From assembly GCA_964640655.1 (NCBI GenBank), contig CAZXFT010000013.1, positions 13,010-77,009 on the forward strand: a stretch of DNA of 64,000 nucleotides, given 5' to 3'. The stretch comes from an uncultured Bifidobacteriaceae bacterium (GTDB lineage Bacteria; Bacteroidota; Bacteroidia; Chitinophagales; UBA10324). This document shows, one piece after another, positions 1 through 10,266 of the stretch. Position 1 is the first letter of the stretch; each line of letters starts with the position of its first letter. A program made the position numbers and the translations under genes. The notes below the pieces were generated by a model. That model ran no database searches, was not told where the DNA came from, and saw nothing but the letters and a program-made list of their open reading frames with translations.

Positions 1-2
1 TT

Positions 3-404
3 CATCCTTCATATGTTGACCCATACTTAAATCTCGGCGTTGTATTTAATCGAAATGGCAATGCTCTCAAAGCTGAGGAAATGTGGAACAAAGCGCGTGC
101 ACAGAATGCCGATCATCCCAAGTTAAAAGAGTTCGACAATGTGTTGGCTATAATGTATCTGAACAAAGGTAATCAGGCTGCTGCTGCTGATAAAAAGGAT
201 TATGACCTGGCACGTCAATACTATTTGCGTGCTTATAAATATCAAAACAAAAACATAGACATACTTTATAACCTGGGAGGCTTGTACTTCACCTTACAGC
301 AATACGATTCAGCACGTTATTATTGGACACTTAATACACAGCACAACCCTAAGCACCAAGGAACACTTCAGGGATTAAATGCATTAAATGCTATGGGTAA
401 GTAA
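3..404 (+). CDS. TPR-repeat protein, 5'-truncated by the window edge
   Basis: Frame 3 is open from base 3 (HPSYVDPYLNLGVVFNRNGNALKAEEMW...), so the ORF enters from upstream. TPR-like A/Y/L periodicity (ARQYYLRAYKY, YNLGGLYF, ARYYW). TAA stop. Confidence 0.6.
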   Translation, partial: HPSYVDPYLNLGVVFNRNGNALKAEEMWNKARAQNADHPKLKEFDNVLAIMYLNKGNQAAAADKKDYDLARQYYLRAYKYQNKNIDILYNLGGLYFTLQQYDSARYYWTLNTQHNPKHQGTLQGLNALNAMGK

Positions 405-439
405 TCTCGAAGTATTTTAGCATTTCAAACTATAGTGTT

Positions 440-874
440 ATGAAATTGCTAACCCTGCTTTTTTTCATTTTATCGGTTACAGGATTGTATGCACAGGTAG
501 ATAGGGATACGGATGTTCCAGTACCTGTTGATAGTGGATCGCAGCATCCTACTGAGGATCATGCTCAGGTCTTTGTTGAAGAAATGCCCGAATTTCCCGG
601 CGGACAGGAATCCATGTACAAGTTTATAGCTCAAAACATGAAATACCCGCAGTATGCCGTTGAGTCAAACATTCAGGGTAAAGTATATGTCAGGTTTATT
701 GTGGAAGCCGATGGAAGAATCACCAATGTGAATGTGGTGCGTGGCGTACACAGCAGTTTGGATAACGAAGCCATACGTGTAGTTCAGTCCATGCCCGATT
801 GGAAACCGGGTAAGCAAAACGGAAAACCTGTACGGGTACATTTTACACTTCCATTAAATTTTTCGTTGAAGTAA
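440..874 (+). CDS. TonB C-terminal domain protein with signal peptide
   Basis: N-terminal signal peptide. EEMPEFPGGQESMYKFIAQNMKYP...GKVYVRFIVEADGRITNVNVVRG...EAIRVV...WKPGKQNGKPVRV is the typical TonB_C fold signature. Confidence 0.8.
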   Translation: MKLLTLLFFILSVTGLYAQVDRDTDVPVPVDSGSQHPTEDHAQVFVEEMPEFPGGQESMYKFIAQNMKYPQYAVESNIQGKVYVRFIVEADGRITNVNVVRGVHSSLDNEAIRVVQSMPDWKPGKQNGKPVRVHFTLPLNFSLK

Positions 875-910
875 AAAAAGATGATAGGTGAATATAAATT
901 GAATGCTTAA

Positions 911-1978
911 TCATTCAGCATTTAATTCACTTCTACCATTCATATAGTTTTTCACCCGCTCCTCCACATTCTCTCTGATATTCATATAAAACAAGTTATA
1001 GTCGCCTATATGATAATTGCCGCCACTCATAGTACGAGCCAGTGGAATCTTAGGAGTATGTATCCACAGCATACCACGAAATACGGTGGCGTCGCATACG
1101 TTGGGTTTTATCTTTCTGAAGTCGCGCAGCACCGCACCTTTGTTGTTGCTTGCGGCTACGCATATTGAATCTACACGCCACGACAATGGATTGATTACCG
1201 CAGCATTCTTCTGACTGATGCTGTACCAGGCCGGATAATATCCATGTTGAAAAGTACTCCAGCTGCAAAAGCATTGCAGGTCATATGGTTGTGTACAAGG
1301 TTTAATTACATCAAACGAATCTGCCGGCACAGGCATGCCCACCAGGTAGCCGCATATGAACTGCGAAAGCAATGTTGAATCTTTTTCAATCACACGTTTG
1401 ATAAGCTGCTGTGCATGTTGTGTGCCCTGCGAATGCGATGCAATAATGAACGGTCTTCCGTTATTATAATGGTTTATATAATACTGAAAAGCAGATTCCA
1501 CATCGGAGTATGCCAAAGCCAAAGCATTCCTGGCTGAGTTTCTGTCGAGAGTGTAATAAACTGAAATATGACCCTGCCGATATCGCGGTGCATACACTCT
1601 GCAGGAACCATTAAATACTGAAGCCTGATATCGTATCGTTGTGTTGTCAGTCCGGTGATTTAATTTATCGTAATCCAATCCGGCGTTCCAGTGATAGGTG
1701 CCATCGGGCTCATGCAGAAAAGTGGTTGGATGAATAAAGAACACATCAGCCTGTGCCGTGTTTTGCATATCTTTTAAACCTACTGGTACTGTGTCGGCGG
1801 CATCTTTCATTTGTGGAAGTGCTGCCCAGTTTTTTTGTAAGGAATAATCTGGTGGAGGTGGTACTACTTTTTCGTTGTATTGTTCCTTTACCTCATACCG
1901 TTCTGTGTTACTTTTCTTTTGAGCAAACAACAGTTCAACTGAAAAAACACAAACAATAAAAAATAAAAAACGCGGCAT
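911..1978 (-). CDS. DUF3089-type alpha/beta hydrolase (lipase-like), secreted
   Basis: Signal peptide. ADVFFIHPTT, YAPRYRQ and the nucleophile elbow SHSQG match the DUF3089 family pattern. Confidence 0.65.
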   Translation of the reverse strand: MPRFLFFIVCVFSVELLFAQKKSNTERYEVKEQYNEKVVPPPPDYSLQKNWAALPQMKDAADTVPVGLKDMQNTAQADVFFIHPTTFLHEPDGTYHWNAGLDYDKLNHRTDNTTIRYQASVFNGSCRVYAPRYRQGHISVYYTLDRNSARNALALAYSDVESAFQYYINHYNNGRPFIIASHSQGTQHAQQLIKRVIEKDSTLLSQFICGYLVGMPVPADSFDVIKPCTQPYDLQCFCSWSTFQHGYYPAWYSISQKNAAVINPLSWRVDSICVAASNNKGAVLRDFRKIKPNVCDATVFRGMLWIHTPKIPLARTMSGGNYHIGDYNLFYMNIRENVEERVKNYMNGRSELNAE

Positions 1979-3280
1979 TTATTTCGAAGCGGCAATTTCT
2001 GTAATAGCCTTAACCAGTTTATTTAAATCGTCTAAAGAGGTGTAAACATTTGGAGTAACTCTAACGTGGTTAAACATTTCGTATTCTATGGCTACTGTAT
2101 GTATTTTGTATTTATTCATCAACTTGGATTCTATATCGGTTGCTTTCATACCTTCTATACTAAATGTTCCCAATGCGCCACTATGTGTGCTGCTGAGTGG
2201 TGTTTGCAAAATCACTCCTTTAACATTTTGTACTTGTGTACTCCAGTAATTTTTCAGATAATGTAGTCGGGCTTGTTTCAGCGTGGTACCCATGGTTTCA
2301 TGAAAATTAATCGCATAACCTGTTGCCTGCTCGATAGGGAAGGAGCGTGTGCCTTGCGATTCGTATTTGCGTATGTCGTCGCTTTGTGGTTTGTCGTTAG
2401 GAAATAAAGGCCACACCTGAGCAGTTTTTTCTCGCTTCACATATAACATGCCTGTGCCGAAAGGAGCACACAACCATTTGTGCAGCGAAGTGCCTGCCGC
2501 GTCTGCTCCAAGTTCAGGTATTTTAAAATCTATTTGTGCGAAGCTGTGTGCAATATCTGCTATACAAAAGATGTCCTTGTTTTTCTGCTTCACGGCATCG
2601 GCAATTTTTTTGGAAGGCAGCAGTTGTCCGTTCCAGTTAATCAAGTGTGTGATGTGTACCACTTTGGTCTTAGAAGTAACTGCATCGGAAAAGGTTTTTA
2701 CAAAGTAATTATCATCCTCGCTCGGACACTTTAGATCAAGCCACACGAGTTTGATTTTATCCCGCAGTTCGCGCTGTAACCATGCCTGTTTCATATTCGG
2801 ATAGTCCTGCTTCGTGACAATAACTTCATCGCCGGGTTTAAGGTCTAAACCAAATATCACCGTGTCTAAAGCCTCGGTAGTATTTCTGTTGATGGCAATT
2901 TCTTCTGGACTACATCCTCCAAGCAGTGCCAACCTTTCGCGAAGCGGTTCTCGACCCATATCCAGCACACGCCACATGTAATAACTAGGTGCTTCGTTGC
3001 ACATGCGGTTGTATTTATCCAGCATATCCTGCACCAGTATAGGTTGCGGACTTACGCCTCCATTGTTTAAGTTGATGACACTTGGTGATATCGAATAAGC
3101 CAATCGAATTTGTTTCCAGAATGCTTCGTCCTTTATCGCATCATTCAATGGAATGGTTTTGATGCGTGCTGCGTGAGCTTCAATATCTGTTGCTAATGCA
3201 AAATGGGTTAATCCCGGAACAGATACTGCACCGGCTGCAATAGCTCCCATGGTTTTTATAAAGTCGCGACGTTCACTCAT
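1979..3280 (-). CDS. Class V aminotransferase-fold PLP enzyme (isopenicillin-N-epimerase/cysteine-desulfurase-like) with Tat signal
   Basis: N-terminal SERRDFIKTMGAIAAGAV twin-arginine motif. SLHKWLCAPFGTGMLYV is a PLP-lysine motif. Abuts the downstream gene with no gap. Confidence 0.7.
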   Translation of the reverse strand: MSERRDFIKTMGAIAAGAVSVPGLTHFALATDIEAHAARIKTIPLNDAIKDEAFWKQIRLAYSISPSVINLNNGGVSPQPILVQDMLDKYNRMCNEAPSYYMWRVLDMGREPLRERLALLGGCSPEEIAINRNTTEALDTVIFGLDLKPGDEVIVTKQDYPNMKQAWLQRELRDKIKLVWLDLKCPSEDDNYFVKTFSDAVTSKTKVVHITHLINWNGQLLPSKKIADAVKQKNKDIFCIADIAHSFAQIDFKIPELGADAAGTSLHKWLCAPFGTGMLYVKREKTAQVWPLFPNDKPQSDDIRKYESQGTRSFPIEQATGYAINFHETMGTTLKQARLHYLKNYWSTQVQNVKGVILQTPLSSTHSGALGTFSIEGMKATDIESKLMNKYKIHTVAIEYEMFNHVRVTPNVYTSLDDLNKLVKAITEIAASK

Positions 3281-3339
3281 AAGGGTTGAGATTTAATTTC
3301 ATAAACATAAGCGTTATTAATGAGCAGTAAGCATGCGCT

Positions 3340-4098
3340 TTATTTTTTGTTAATATAGTAAGCATTGGCTTGTGCTGTAGGAGTAACTACTAAATCGTTG
3401 ATGCAAACGTGAGCCGGCAATGTGGCGCAGTAATAAATGATGTTGGCAATATCTTCGGCACGCAGTGGCTCATAACCCTTATATACATTGGCAGCTTTTT
3501 CTTGATCTCCCTTAAAGCGCACTTCAGAAAATTCTGTTTCCGCAGCACCTGGATGAATGGCTGTAACTTTTATATGATGATTCAGCAGGTCTATACGCAT
3601 AGCGTGCGACACAGCATCCACCGCAGCTTTTGTAGCGCAGTAAACATTTCCCTTTTCATATACATATTTTGCAGCGGTTGAACCAATATTGATAATGTGA
3701 GGCGATGTAGATTTTTTCAGCAGGGGTAAACAAGCTCTGCTTATATAAAGTAACCCTTTCAGGTTGGTATCAATCATTTGTTCCCAATCATCAATTGAGG
3801 CATCTTCAAAAGAATCCAATCCGGCAGCCAGTCCGGCATTATTAATCAGTAAATCTATTTGGCGCCATTCTTCAGGTAATTGACTTATGGTATTAAAAAC
3901 ATCCTCTCGATTTCTAACATCTAATACAAGTCCTAAAACTTTTACCCCGAACGATGATTTCAAGAGCTTTTCGAGTTCCAGTATTCTCTGCTCACGACGG
4001 CCACAAATAATCAAATTCCAACCATATTGAGCAAAAAGCAATGCGGAGGCTTCACCAAATCCACTACTTGCGCCGGTAATAAAGAGGTTTTTTGTCAT
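3340..4098 (-). CDS. SDR family NAD(P)-dependent oxidoreductase (YdfG-like)
   Basis: ITGASSGFGEA Rossmann motif, NNAG, and the catalytic YCATKAA (YxxxK). Confidence 0.85.
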   Translation of the reverse strand: MTKNLFITGASSGFGEASALLFAQYGWNLIICGRREQRILELEKLLKSSFGVKVLGLVLDVRNREDVFNTISQLPEEWRQIDLLINNAGLAAGLDSFEDASIDDWEQMIDTNLKGLLYISRACLPLLKKSTSPHIINIGSTAAKYVYEKGNVYCATKAAVDAVSHAMRIDLLNHHIKVTAIHPGAAETEFSEVRFKGDQEKAANVYKGYEPLRAEDIANIIYYCATLPAHVCINDLVVTPTAQANAYYINKK

Positions 4099-4217
4099 TT
4101 TTGAGGTATATTCATTGAAAGTGCAAGTTTCATTATTATTTGCAAACTAACTCGGTAAAGTAATTTGTCGTATTTTGATTTTAATTTTCTACATTACGCC
4201 ATATTTTTACCCCACCA

Positions 4218-6401
4218 ATGAAACGAATTTTATTTCTTGCTGCATGTCTGCTAACACTTGGCTTGCATCAGAATGCTCAGGCTCAGGCGATTGTTATAGT
4301 TGAAGGTGACTCACTTTTTGTGTGTCAGCCTGGTCCGGTAACCTTACACGCAGTGTCAAATGGCATTGATAGTAGTGAACTTGTCTCTTCTGTTGCTTTA
4401 AATTCAATTGATGACACTTATAGTGGCGTAGTAAATATTGGATTTCCTTTTACATTTTATGGTAATACTTATAACCAATGCTTGCTCTCAACCAATGGCT
4501 ATATCACGTTTAATCTTGCAGGTGCCGGCGGTTTTAGTCCATGGGCTATTGCTGCCGGTAACAGCATCCCTACAGCCGCTTTTCCTACCAATAGTATTTA
4601 TGGCCCTTGGCAAGATACTTATCCAGGCGCGCCAGGCGCTCCTTCTCCCGGATATGTTTCTTACGCTACTACAGGAACAGCACCTGACCGAAAATTCGTT
4701 TTCAATTTTTGCGACGTTCCAATGTATAGCTGCACACAAACAAAATTCAGTGGTCAGATAATCTTATACGAAACGACGAACGAATTTGAATTCCATATTA
4801 CAGAGAAAGTAATTTGTTCAACCTGGAACGGTGGTCGTGCAATTTTAGGTTGCCAAAATGCCAACGGAACCTTGGCAACAGCCATATACAATTCTCCAAC
4901 ACAATGGAGCGCAAATAATCAGGCTTGGCGTATGAGTCCTAATGGTGTTAACGATTACACCTTCACAACCATAGCTTATGATCCAATTCCTGTTTATGTG
5001 CCTAATCAATTACAATGGGCCTGGAACGGTAACCCTGCCGGTAATGGTGACTCTGTCATAATAAATGTCACACAATCAGGTATGGCTATAGTCAGTTTTG
5101 CCGGTTGTTTTGGTACAACTACCGTAGCTGCGGGTTCTGATACTATTCATATTATCGTTGATCAGTTAATTACTAATCAATCTCGTAAGGTTTCAGCCTG
5201 TTATAATATTTTTGAGAATGAGCTTTATGCTACCTTTCCTCAAAACACTGAACCATTAGTACTTACCTGGACCGATTCATTGGGTAATGTGCTTGAAGTT
5301 CATACGAATGTGATACAATTCGACACTCTTAAAAATGTGCCGGAAGGCGGATACAATCTTAATATTGTAAAACCCTCAGGCTGTGAGTATGACTATATAT
5401 ATAAAATGCCCAAGCGTCTTATTACCCCATCATTTACAGTTGCTCCGAATTTAATTTGTCAATATGCACCGGTAACATTTACTAATTCAAGCACCGGTAT
5501 TATTAATAACTATGCTTGGGGTTTTGGTGATAATACATCTGCCACTACTTTAAATGCCACACACTCTTATTCCGACTTTGGCGACTATGCTGTTGTGCTA
5601 ACCGTTTGGAATGATACCTTCCAGTGTATGTTCAGCGATACTGTAAATATTTATGTCAATAAAAATATTGTTGCCGACATCAATTCATTCTCGTTTTTCT
5701 GCGAAACTGATCCTATATACTTCTCAGATCAATCTAATCCATATCCTGTTGCATGGGAGTGGGTTTATAGTAGTACTGTATTTGCTACCACTAAAGATGC
5801 CGTAACCACTTTTAATCAACCGGGCTCTTACGACATTACTCTAATAGTAACGGATAGTTTGTGTGGTAAAGACACCATTACAAAAAGCTATGTTGTCAAT
5901 GCTTATCCTATTGTCAATATTGCAGGTGATACTTTCTTTTGCCCAGGCGAACTGGTAACACTTGATGCAGGCAATCCGGGATATGAACATACATGGTCAA
6001 CCGGCGCCACTACCCAAACCATTTCAATGGAAGTTTACGAAACGCAGGTATTCTCTGTAGAGGTTAATAATCAAGGCTGTAAAACCACAGATGAAATTAC
6101 TGTTTATGTGAACTGTAATTTCTACTTTCCAAATGCATTCAGTCCAAATGCCGATGGATATAATGATCGATACCGACCGCACCTAGTAAATATGGAGAGT
6201 TACGAAGTTTACATCTATAACCGATGGGGTGAGATGGTCTATAGCTTCAGAGGCTTTGGAAACAGCAGCGACGAAGTAGGATGGGATGGAACCATTCGTG
6301 GAGAAAAAGCTCCAATTGGCGCATACGTTTATACTGCAGTAGGTAAAACAATAAAGGGCCAGCCACTTGAGAAGAAAGGAAACTTTGTGCTAATCCGCTA
6401 A
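4218..6401 (+). CDS. T9SS type B (gliding motility-associated C-terminal, CHU_C) domain protein with PKD-like repeats
   Basis: Signal peptide. PKD-like segments (FTNSSTG...WGFGDNTSAT, FSDQSNPYPVAWEW). C-terminus YFPNAFSPNADGYNDRYRP...YIYNRWGEMVY...WDG...KGNFVLIR is the type B sorting domain signature. Confidence 0.85.
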   Translation: MKRILFLAACLLTLGLHQNAQAQAIVIVEGDSLFVCQPGPVTLHAVSNGIDSSELVSSVALNSIDDTYSGVVNIGFPFTFYGNTYNQCLLSTNGYITFNLAGAGGFSPWAIAAGNSIPTAAFPTNSIYGPWQDTYPGAPGAPSPGYVSYATTGTAPDRKFVFNFCDVPMYSCTQTKFSGQIILYETTNEFEFHITEKVICSTWNGGRAILGCQNANGTLATAIYNSPTQWSANNQAWRMSPNGVNDYTFTTIAYDPIPVYVPNQLQWAWNGNPAGNGDSVIINVTQSGMAIVSFAGCFGTTTVAAGSDTIHIIVDQLITNQSRKVSACYNIFENELYATFPQNTEPLVLTWTDSLGNVLEVHTNVIQFDTLKNVPEGGYNLNIVKPSGCEYDYIYKMPKRLITPSFTVAPNLICQYAPVTFTNSSTGIINNYAWGFGDNTSATTLNATHSYSDFGDYAVVLTVWNDTFQCMFSDTVNIYVNKNIVADINSFSFFCETDPIYFSDQSNPYPVAWEWVYSSTVFATTKDAVTTFNQPGSYDITLIVTDSLCGKDTITKSYVVNAYPIVNIAGDTFFCPGELVTLDAGNPGYEHTWSTGATTQTISMEVYETQVFSVEVNNQGCKTTDEITVYVNCNFYFPNAFSPNADGYNDRYRPHLVNMESYEVYIYNRWGEMVYSFRGFGNSSDEVGWDGTIRGEKAPIGAYVYTAVGKTIKGQPLEKKGNFVLIR

Positions 6402-6764
6402 TTAGTTCTGCGGCGAACCATTTTTTACCCAGCAATACAACTTTTGTATCGTTACTTCATCGAGTTTCGATGCATTTTTAGGCATATCATCATAACCTTT
6501 TAAATGCTGTACCGACCCAAGGAATCGGTCGTTGGAACTTTCACTTTTTGCATTACTGTAATCACTCAGATTGATGCCGGCTTTCTTTGATGAAGCATTG
6601 TGACATCCTGAGAATGCGCATTTGGTATCGAGAATAGTTTTTATCTCTCCGTCGTATGTTGGTGTTACACCCGTGCAATCATATTCTTTGATACTTTCTT
6701 TTTTACAGGAAAAAATGCTGCCAGCAATTAGTGTTATAGCTACTAATGCTATTTTGTTTTTCAT
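6402..6764 (-). CDS. Small lipoprotein with a possible c-type heme motif of atypical spacing (CAFSGCH)
   Basis: Signal peptide plus lipobox (GSIFSC). IKTILDTKCAFSGCHN...AGINLSDY resembles the PSCyt1-type heme-binding segment, but the spacing is CX4CH. Confidence 0.5.
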   Translation of the reverse strand: MKNKIALVAITLIAGSIFSCKKESIKEYDCTGVTPTYDGEIKTILDTKCAFSGCHNASSKKAGINLSDYSNAKSESSNDRFLGSVQHLKGYDDMPKNASKLDEVTIQKLYCWVKNGSPQN

Positions 6765-6792
6765 ATGTTGATTAAAAGTGTTTGTTAAGTAA

Positions 6793-9621
6793 TTATCTGC
6801 TCAGGTACATACTCTTCTCTTTGTACAACTGCCGGAAGAATGGGTCAAACAAGTCGTTGATAAATCGTATTGCTTCACCGGTGCTTTTCATTTCAGGTCC
6901 TAACTCTTTATTGACTCCGGGAAATTTATTGAATGAAAATACCGGCTCTTTAATAGCATAACCGCGCATCTTCTTCTCAATGGTAAAATCTTTCAGTTTG
7001 TTTGCTCCTATCATCACCTTAGTTGCGATGTTCAGATACGGTGTTTGATACGCCTTGGCAATAAATGGCGTAGTGCGTGATGCACGCGGGTTGGCCTCTA
7101 TCACATATACTTTACCATTCTTAATGGCAAACTGTATATTAATCAAGCCTTTAATATTCAATGCAAAAGCAATCTGTTCAGCGTATTCTGCCATTTGTGT
7201 TACTACCTCATAAGGCAGATTGAAGGTTGGTAATACTGCTGAACTGTCACCGCTGTGAATGCCTGCCGGTTCTATATGTTCCATCACACCCATCACATGA
7301 ATTTCATCTCCATCACAGATGGCATCAATTTCTGCTTCGTCGGCGCGATCCAGGAAATGGTCAATTAAAATTTTATTGCCGGGCATGTGCTTCAGTAATT
7401 TCAACACTGCTGTTTCCAATTCTTCATCGTTAATGACTATGCGCATGCGTTGTCCGCCTAATACATAGGAAGGTCTCACAAGCACCGGATAGCCTACACG
7501 ATTGGCTACCTCAACAGCCTCGTCCACATTATAGGCAACACCATAATCAGGATATGGAATACCCAACTCTTTCAATAAATCAGAGAATGCACCACGGTCT
7601 TCAGCGATATCCATGTTTTCGAAAGAAGTACCTATAATCTTAATACCATTCTCGTTTAACCGTTTCGCTAACTTCAAAGCGGTTTGTCCGCCGAGCTGCA
7701 CAATAACACCTTCCGGTTTTTCGTGCTCAATAATTTCTATCAGATGTTCCCAGAAGACTGGCTCGAAATATAATTTGTTAGCCATATCAAAATCAGTAGA
7801 AACGGTTTCGGGGTTGCAGTTAATCATAATGGCTTCGTAGCCGCATTCCTTCAGTGCCAGAAGGCCATGCACGCAACAGTAATCGAACTCTATTCCCTGA
7901 CCAATACGATTAGGCCCTGAGCCCAATACAATTATTTTTTTCTTGTTACTTGATACACTTTCATTCTCTGTTTCGAAAGTGGAATAGTAATAGGGTGTTT
8001 GTGCCGGAAACTCAGCTGCGCATGTATCCACTAACTTATAAGTGCGCTTGATGTTCAGTTTTTTGCGCTTCTCATAAACTTCATCTTCCTTACAATTCAG
8101 AACTATGGCAACCTGCGCATCGCTGTATCCTTTCTGTTTTAAGTCCAGTAACAATTCCTGCGGCACATTTTCCAATGTATATTTTCTAAGCTCTGCTTCC
8201 GCTTTCACTAATTCGTTTATCTGATTCAGAAACCATGTATCAATTTGTGTGAGCTTATGAATGGTTTTCACCGGCACGCCAAGTGTAAATGCATCTTTAA
8301 TTCTGAATAATCTGTCCCAATGGGGTTTTTGAATGCGGTCTAAAATCTCTTCCGATTTTTTCCATTGTCTGCCGTCTGCGCCTAAACCTATGCTGTCGTT
8401 CTCCAGACTCTGACAAGCTTTTTGCAATGCCTCAATAAAAGTGCGGCCTATACTCATCACCTCGCCAACCGATTTCATTTGCAAGCCTAAGGTCTCATCA
8501 CAACCGGCAAACTTGTCGAAGTTCCAGCGTGGAATTTTTACAACTACATAATCCAGTGCAGGTTCAAAATAGGCCGAAGTGGTTTTGGTAATTTGATTTC
8601 GCAACTCATCCAAGCGGTAACCTATGGCCAGCTTGGCTGCTATCTTGGCTATGGGGTATCCTGTTGCTTTGGAAGCCAGTGCCGAGGAGCGCGACACCCG
8701 CGGATTAATTTCCACCGCTATGATGTCTTCCGTTTCAGGATTTAATGCAAACTGCACATTGCAACCTCCTGCAAAGTTGCCCAGTGAGCGCATCATACGC
8801 ATAGCCAAATTGCGCATACGCTGATATACCGTATCGCTCAGGGTCATAGCAGGTGCAACAGTAATGCTGTCTCCGGTGTGCACACCCATTGGATCAAAAT
8901 TTTCCACCACACAAATAATCACCACATTGTCGTCGGCATCGCGCAGCAGTTCCAGTTCGTACTCTTTCCAGCCCAGCACCGCTTTTTCTACCAGCACCTC
9001 ATGACTTGGCGAAGCCTTTAATCCGCGCTCTAATGCTGCTTCAAATTCTTCTTTCTTATGCACAAAGCCACCACCTGTTCCACCCAGGGTATAAGACGGA
9101 CGTATCACCAAAGGAAAGCCTATCTCCTGTGCTATCTCTTTTCCTTCCAGCATGGAGTTGGCTGTGCGTGACTGTGCCACAGGCACATCTATATCACCCA
9201 TCAGTTTGCGAAACACTTCACGATTCTCGGCACGCTCTATTCCTTCAATGTCTACCCCTATTAACTTTACCCCAAAGCGTTTCCATATACCCATTTCGTC
9301 GGCTTCTTTACAAAGATTCAGAGCAGTTTGTCCACCCATAGTGGGCAGTATGGCATCTATGGGGTGGGCAGAATTTTTTTGTTCTTCCAGAATCTTAACC
9401 AGCGATTCGGGTTCCAGAGGCAGGAGGTAAATATGGTCGGCTGTAACAGGGTCGGTCATGATGGTGGCCGGGTTGCTGTTAATCAGTGACACACGGATGC
9501 CTTCTTCGCGCAGCGAACGCGAAGCCTGTGAACCGGAGTAATCAAACTCGCAGGCTTGCCCTATGATAATGGGGCCGCTGCCTATGATGAGGATGTGTTT
9601 TATGGATGAGTCTTTCGGCAT
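6793..9621 (-). CDS. carB: Carbamoyl-phosphate synthase large subunit
   Basis: 942 aa with duplicated ATP-grasp halves. Begins ILIIGSGPIIIGQACEFDYSGSQA and repeats as IIVLGSGPNRIGQGIEFDYCCVH. Unmistakable CarB. Confidence 0.97.
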   Translation of the reverse strand: MPKDSSIKHILIIGSGPIIIGQACEFDYSGSQASRSLREEGIRVSLINSNPATIMTDPVTADHIYLLPLEPESLVKILEEQKNSAHPIDAILPTMGGQTALNLCKEADEMGIWKRFGVKLIGVDIEGIERAENREVFRKLMGDIDVPVAQSRTANSMLEGKEIAQEIGFPLVIRPSYTLGGTGGGFVHKKEEFEAALERGLKASPSHEVLVEKAVLGWKEYELELLRDADDNVVIICVVENFDPMGVHTGDSITVAPAMTLSDTVYQRMRNLAMRMMRSLGNFAGGCNVQFALNPETEDIIAVEINPRVSRSSALASKATGYPIAKIAAKLAIGYRLDELRNQITKTTSAYFEPALDYVVVKIPRWNFDKFAGCDETLGLQMKSVGEVMSIGRTFIEALQKACQSLENDSIGLGADGRQWKKSEEILDRIQKPHWDRLFRIKDAFTLGVPVKTIHKLTQIDTWFLNQINELVKAEAELRKYTLENVPQELLLDLKQKGYSDAQVAIVLNCKEDEVYEKRKKLNIKRTYKLVDTCAAEFPAQTPYYYSTFETENESVSSNKKKIIVLGSGPNRIGQGIEFDYCCVHGLLALKECGYEAIMINCNPETVSTDFDMANKLYFEPVFWEHLIEIIEHEKPEGVIVQLGGQTALKLAKRLNENGIKIIGTSFENMDIAEDRGAFSDLLKELGIPYPDYGVAYNVDEAVEVANRVGYPVLVRPSYVLGGQRMRIVINDEELETAVLKLLKHMPGNKILIDHFLDRADEAEIDAICDGDEIHVMGVMEHIEPAGIHSGDSSAVLPTFNLPYEVVTQMAEYAEQIAFALNIKGLINIQFAIKNGKVYVIEANPRASRTTPFIAKAYQTPYLNIATKVMIGANKLKDFTIEKKMRGYAIKEPVFSFNKFPGVNKELGPEMKSTGEAIRFINDLFDPFFRQLYKEKSMYLSR

Positions 9622-9700
9622 AAGTTATTTATGTTGAAGTGCAGCCCTGCTGCGCGACCCAGACAAGCAAATAATGAGCTTACTTACTTTTAGAGTCGGA

Positions 9701-9708
9701 CAAAGGTA
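9701..9708 (-). promoter_or_regulatory. Candidate Bacteroidota -7 box (TACCTTTG) for carB
   Basis: The plus strand reads caaaggta, which is TAnnTTTG on the minus strand, about 80 nt upstream of the carB ATG. Motif match only. Confidence 0.35.
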
Positions 9709-9879
9709 ATGGCAGAAATATTTTTTGCTTTTTGAAAAATTATAAACACCTCATTGTCCCATTAAATAACAATACTATCTTTCGCAGATGCAAACGATAC
9801 CGCCTATCGCTAAAAGGCGGGGAGTATCTGAAAAGCCTTACGAGTAAGAATCACCATAACCCAAACCTCTTTTAAATTT

Positions 9880-10266
9880 ATGTATTGCAGAAACTGTGGA
9901 AACGAAGTTTCCGACAAAGCCGTGATGTGTGTAGCCTGCGGCACACCACCTAAATCCGGCACCAGCTATTGTTACAACTGTAAAGGCGAAACCGCCGCCG
10001 GTGCTGTTGTTTGTATGAAATGCGGCGTTCCGCTCAAAGGCGATGGCATCAACGGTGAAGGAAAAGACTGGCTTACTGTATTGTTGCTATGCCTCTTCCT
10101 GGGTGGCCTCGGTGTACACCGTTTCTATACCAAACACACCACCATTGGTGTGGTACAGTTGCTCACCCTCGGAGGCTGCGGCATCTGGACTTTAATAGAC
10201 TTAATTCAGATTATCACGGGCAGTTTCAAAGATGCTGACGGCAATCTGCTGGTTAAAAAACAATAA
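9880..10266 (+). CDS. Double zinc-ribbon / TM2 domain membrane protein
   Basis: Two CxxC...CxxC ribbons (CRNCG..CVACG, CYNCK..CMKCG), followed by the TM2 signature [15 protein letters not shown]...GIWTLIDLI. Confidence 0.8.
   Translation: MYCRNCGNEVSDKAVMCVACGTPPKSGTSYCYNCKGETAAGAVVCMKCGVPLKGDGINGEGKDWLTVLLLCLFLGGLGVHRFYTKHTTIGVVQLLTLGGCGIWTLIDLIQIITGSFKDADGNLLVKKQ

Noticed and set aside
899-925. Short hairpin TGAATG-N6-CATTCA after the TonB-domain gene
   Set aside because: The stem is only 6 bp, it overlaps the stop codon of the convergent DUF3089 gene, and it has no U-tract. This is too weak to call a terminator.
7227-9430. Several 66-111-aa plus-strand ORFs inside carB (7227, 7613, 8624, 9006, 9152)
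   Set aside because: They are antisense to a highly conserved CarB coding sequence, with no motifs and overlapping one another. The same reasoning applies to antisense ORFs inside rng (19508-20321), the pspC-domain gene (25242..25631), mfd (28048, 28665, 29193), recG (50069, 51164, 51210) and the GT2 gene (54535, 54832).
9787-9846. 19-codon ORF ([19 protein letters not shown]) and an imperfect hairpin GATACCGCC...GGCGGGGAGTATC in the carB/TM2 intergenic region
   Set aside because: This could be a leader peptide or a small RNA. However, the ORF has no supporting context, the helix is short with a bulge, and nothing can be tested without comparative data.
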